IMG/VR virus record: IMGVR_UViG_3300020042_004724
Coordinates: 1 to 25,187 of that record
DNA length: 25,187 nucleotides
Source of the DNA: a virus
Taxonomy: Duplodnaviria > Caudoviricetes
Direction: 5' to 3' (one strand)
The first letter of the stretch is position 1. Every line of letters starts with the position of its first letter. The position numbers and the translations under genes are program-made. The notes under the pieces are model-generated. The model searched no databases and was not told the origin of the DNA. It worked only from the letters and a program-made list of their open reading frames with translations. Below are positions 25,054-25,187 of the stretch, piece by piece.

Positions 25054-25187
25054 CACCTTGAGCAAGGTGCTGGCCTATGTGGACAGCCCATTCAAGCTAA
25101 TCGCCATCCTGTTGATGGGGGTGGTAACGTTTACAGGGTATTTTCTTTGGCAGAACCAAGAATTGTTGGTGGGGGCATACCGGGAGA
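25025..25187 (+). CDS. membrane protein, possibly holin-like; truncated by the window end
   Basis: ATG 25025 reads MPNEKPNPDDTLSKVLAYVDSPFKLIAILLMGVVTFTGYFLWQNQELLVGAYRE; one TM helix; open to the end of the window. Confidence 0.6.
   Translation, partial: MPNEKPNPDDTLSKVLAYVDSPFKLIAILLMGVVTFTGYFLWQNQELLVGAYRE

Overview
The window is the virion morphogenesis region of a tailed dsDNA bacteriophage (Caudoviricetes), with all genes on the + strand and tightly coupled. Its layout is P22/podovirus-like and resembles uncultured freshwater phages; a betaproteobacterial host is a guess only. Gene order: tRNA-like element, small and large terminase, portal, GroES-like co-chaperonin, scaffold, decoration and major capsid proteins, then a terminator/promoter/structured-RNA cassette. 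Next come a cluster of small lysine-rich proteins sharing a hydrophobic-x-x-Gly-Gly motif, two head-tail adaptor-like genes, tail proteins, two long tail fibres with S74 autocleaving chaperone domains, and the start of a membrane-protein (probable lysis) block. The most interesting signals are: (1) an in-frame array of five conserved DNA repeats separating unrelated ~100-aa modules in fibre 1; (2) the shared GG motif across small basic proteins and the portal tail; (3) a kissing-hairpin RNA downstream of the capsid gene; (4) a probable ATT start codon; (5) a pseudo-tRNA upstream of terS. All product calls come from motif recognition and synteny; no database search was run.
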